DNA from: a virus
Taxonomy: Duplodnaviria > Caudoviricetes
Reading direction: 5' to 3' (one strand)
IMG/VR virus record: IMGVR_UViG_3300025635_000031
Span: 1-52,737 of that record
Length of the DNA stretch: 52,737 nucleotides
Part shown: one piece after another, positions 51,271-52,737 of the stretch
Numbering within the stretch: position 1 is the first letter of the stretch
Layout: each line of letters begins with the position of its first letter
Made by a program: the position numbers and the translations under genes
Notes under the pieces: generated by a model
The model's input: only the letters and a program-made list of their open reading frames with translations
Database searches by the model: none
What the model was told of the DNA's origin: nothing

Positions 51271-51515
51271 AACGGCACTTCGTCATCAGCAAGAGCAGGA
51301 GCCGCAGCCGCAGGCTTTTCACCAGTGACAGCTTCCTTTTCCTTCCATGACAGGGAGAGGAACGTCTTCCCTGCTTTAGTTTGCTTTTTCCAGCCGCTGA
51401 TCCAAACGTCTTTGCCTTCAAAGTTGCCGGAACCCGTATAGTCAGGGTGGGTATCTTTTGTTTTGCGGTCGTTCACAAACAGTGAACCGGAATTCGGATA
51501 TTTAATGTCAGACAT
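51267..51515 (-). CDS. small SSB-like protein (DUF736-like)
   Basis: G.LF.N..K....PDY.G...W.SGW...G..FLSL and acidic DDEVPF tail. Confidence 0.7.
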   Translation of the reverse strand: MSDIKYPNSGSLFVNDRKTKDTHPDYTGSGNFEGKDVWISGWKKQTKAGKTFLSLSWKEKEAVTGEKPAAAAPALADDEVPF

Positions 51516-52134
51516 TGTCAGTCACCCCATACTTGGATTTGATTACCATGACTTTGTGATTAAGCTCTTCAATGAACTTGATCACCTCTTCTTCTAGTTC
51601 TGCGATGATTTTGTCATCGCGCGGAACCTCTTCATTGTACAGCTGCATTGGTTCTGGCAGGCGCGGATCGAAACAAACGAACATGCACCAGTCACGGCCT
51701 GTGCAGGCCATCTGCCAATACATTTGGAACATGTAACGGGCAGGGATCTTCCCGCCCGCCATGATTTCCAAATGCGTTGTCGTTTGCGGACATTTGATTT
51801 CGATTAGGCCATCGTGCTGGATCAATCCATCAGGGGACGCGCCAGCATTAGCGATGGTAGCATGGGGGACGAACCCCACCTCTTCCACTGGCATGCCAAA
51901 CGTCTCTACAAAACGCTGGCGCGCCACTGGTTCATTTGCCGTCCCCCATGCCATCGCTGGCGTTTGAAAGGACGGCGCAGGCTGTCCCGTCAAACGTTCG
52001 CACAATAGCTCTGCCATGTAATTTGCACGCGAAGCGGCATAGCCACTTTTAGTGCGGGCAACGATATCTGACACACGCGAAGCAGTAACCTTGCCAGCAC
52101 GCGCGGCAAACCATTCAGGAGAGCCTTGTTCCAT
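51508..52134 (-). CDS. YqaJ/lambda-type exonuclease
   Basis: QGS.EW...R.G..TAS, WG...E, ASPDG, EIKCP, Q..WQM motifs. Confidence 0.93.
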   Translation of the reverse strand: MEQGSPEWFAARAGKVTASRVSDIVARTKSGYAASRANYMAELLCERLTGQPAPSFQTPAMAWGTANEPVARQRFVETFGMPVEEVGFVPHATIANAGASPDGLIQHDGLIEIKCPQTTTHLEIMAGGKIPARYMFQMYWQMACTGRDWCMFVCFDPRLPEPMQLYNEEVPRDDKIIAELEEEVIKFIEELNHKVMVIKSKYGVTDNV

Positions 52135-52571
52135 TACGCAAAATCCTTTTCTGATTTCATGGTGCGGGTAAAGGCCGCAGGAGCCTGCACAGCTGCATTG
52201 CCATCATCATCATCAGCTGCGATGCATAGGATCGACATTAAGCCGTAGCGCCGTGCGTAGGTAATGGCAGAACCAATGCCGTGGGCATCCGGCTTCGCCA
52301 CAGGCATGCGCAACGTTTCGCTGATGTACTCCCCCGTCTTGTGCAGGAGCATGGTATCCACTTCGACCACGCCGTTTTGGGCGCGGGGAAGCTGAACAAC
52401 AGATAGGCCATTGGCCGACAGTGGACCGCGAATCACGGCGCGCACAGAGGCCAGATCGGCATACTTGGATTTAAAGTGCGGGTTGATGCCGGCTTTGGTG
52501 GCGTCATCGATAGCCCCCTGTGCCTTAGAAAGCGCTTCTGCCAGAGCGGCAATGGTATCGGACATCTGCAT
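52134..52571 (-). CDS. erf: ERF-family single-strand annealing protein
   Basis: NPHFKSKYADL, GSAITYARRY.L, DDDGN motifs. Confidence 0.92.
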   Translation of the reverse strand: MQMSDTIAALAEALSKAQGAIDDATKAGINPHFKSKYADLASVRAVIRGPLSANGLSVVQLPRAQNGVVEVDTMLLHKTGEYISETLRMPVAKPDAHGIGSAITYARRYGLMSILCIAADDDDGNAAVQAPAAFTRTMKSEKDFA

Positions 52572-52640
52572 ATTTATCCCCTTCAGGTTCAGATACTAAT
52601 TTTCATAGGGAGGGGCGTTAGGCCCCCTCTAACGAAAAGC

Positions 52641-52670
52641 ATGCTATAAAGGAACCCTAATCGGTGTCAA
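52641..52670 (-). promoter_or_regulatory. sigma70-type promoter for the recombination/gcrA operon
   Basis: TTGACA-N18-TAGCAT on the - strand upstream of erf. Confidence 0.6.
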
Positions 52671-52737
52671 GCCGACCTTTCTAACGGGGGAATTCATGAA
52701 AACGCCTAAACCGAAAACTCCTGAATTGTTGCTTGTT

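Noticed and set aside
52607-52630. GGGAGGGGC-GTTAG-GCCCCCTCT hairpin as a terminator
   Set aside because: No U-tract on either strand; it lies in the presumed erf leader and its function is unclear.
52696-52737. Start of a divergent + strand gene (MKTPKPKT...), possibly a Cro-like regulator
   Set aside because: Truncated by the window edge after 14 codons, so it cannot be assigned.

Overview
The window is a contiguous part of a tailed dsDNA phage genome. It is probably podovirus-like, since no tape-measure, tail-tube or sheath gene is recognisable, and its gcrA homologue points to an alphaproteobacterial host. The + strand from ~600 to 47143 carries terS, small accessory genes, dCMP deaminase, terL, portal, several large low-complexity or polyvalent proteins, GroES-like chaperonin, scaffold and capsid genes, head-completion genes, duplicated tail-fibre cassettes, a methyltransferase-glycosyltransferase-TPR fusion, a lysis cassette, tail and ejection proteins and a final fibre. 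From 47112 to 52571 an early, mostly - strand block encodes GcrA, an SLT transglycosylase, nucleases, an SSB-like protein, YqaJ exonuclease and ERF recombinase. The most striking unexplained signal is a recurring (R/K/M/Y/F/L)-x-x-G-G peptide motif. It occurs about 34 times in seven putative virion proteins, sits at domain boundaries, and forms a regular delimiter-and-spacer array in a 634-aa protein. This suggests a di-glycine tagging or polyprotein-processing system for injected cargo (ART, glycosylase-like and muramidase domains). Several intergenic regions in the head module also carry candidate structured RNAs: a chain of interlocked pseudoknot helices, twin CCCGGYGU-loop hairpins and an H-type pseudoknot. 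All calls come from motif recognition by eye; no searches were run.
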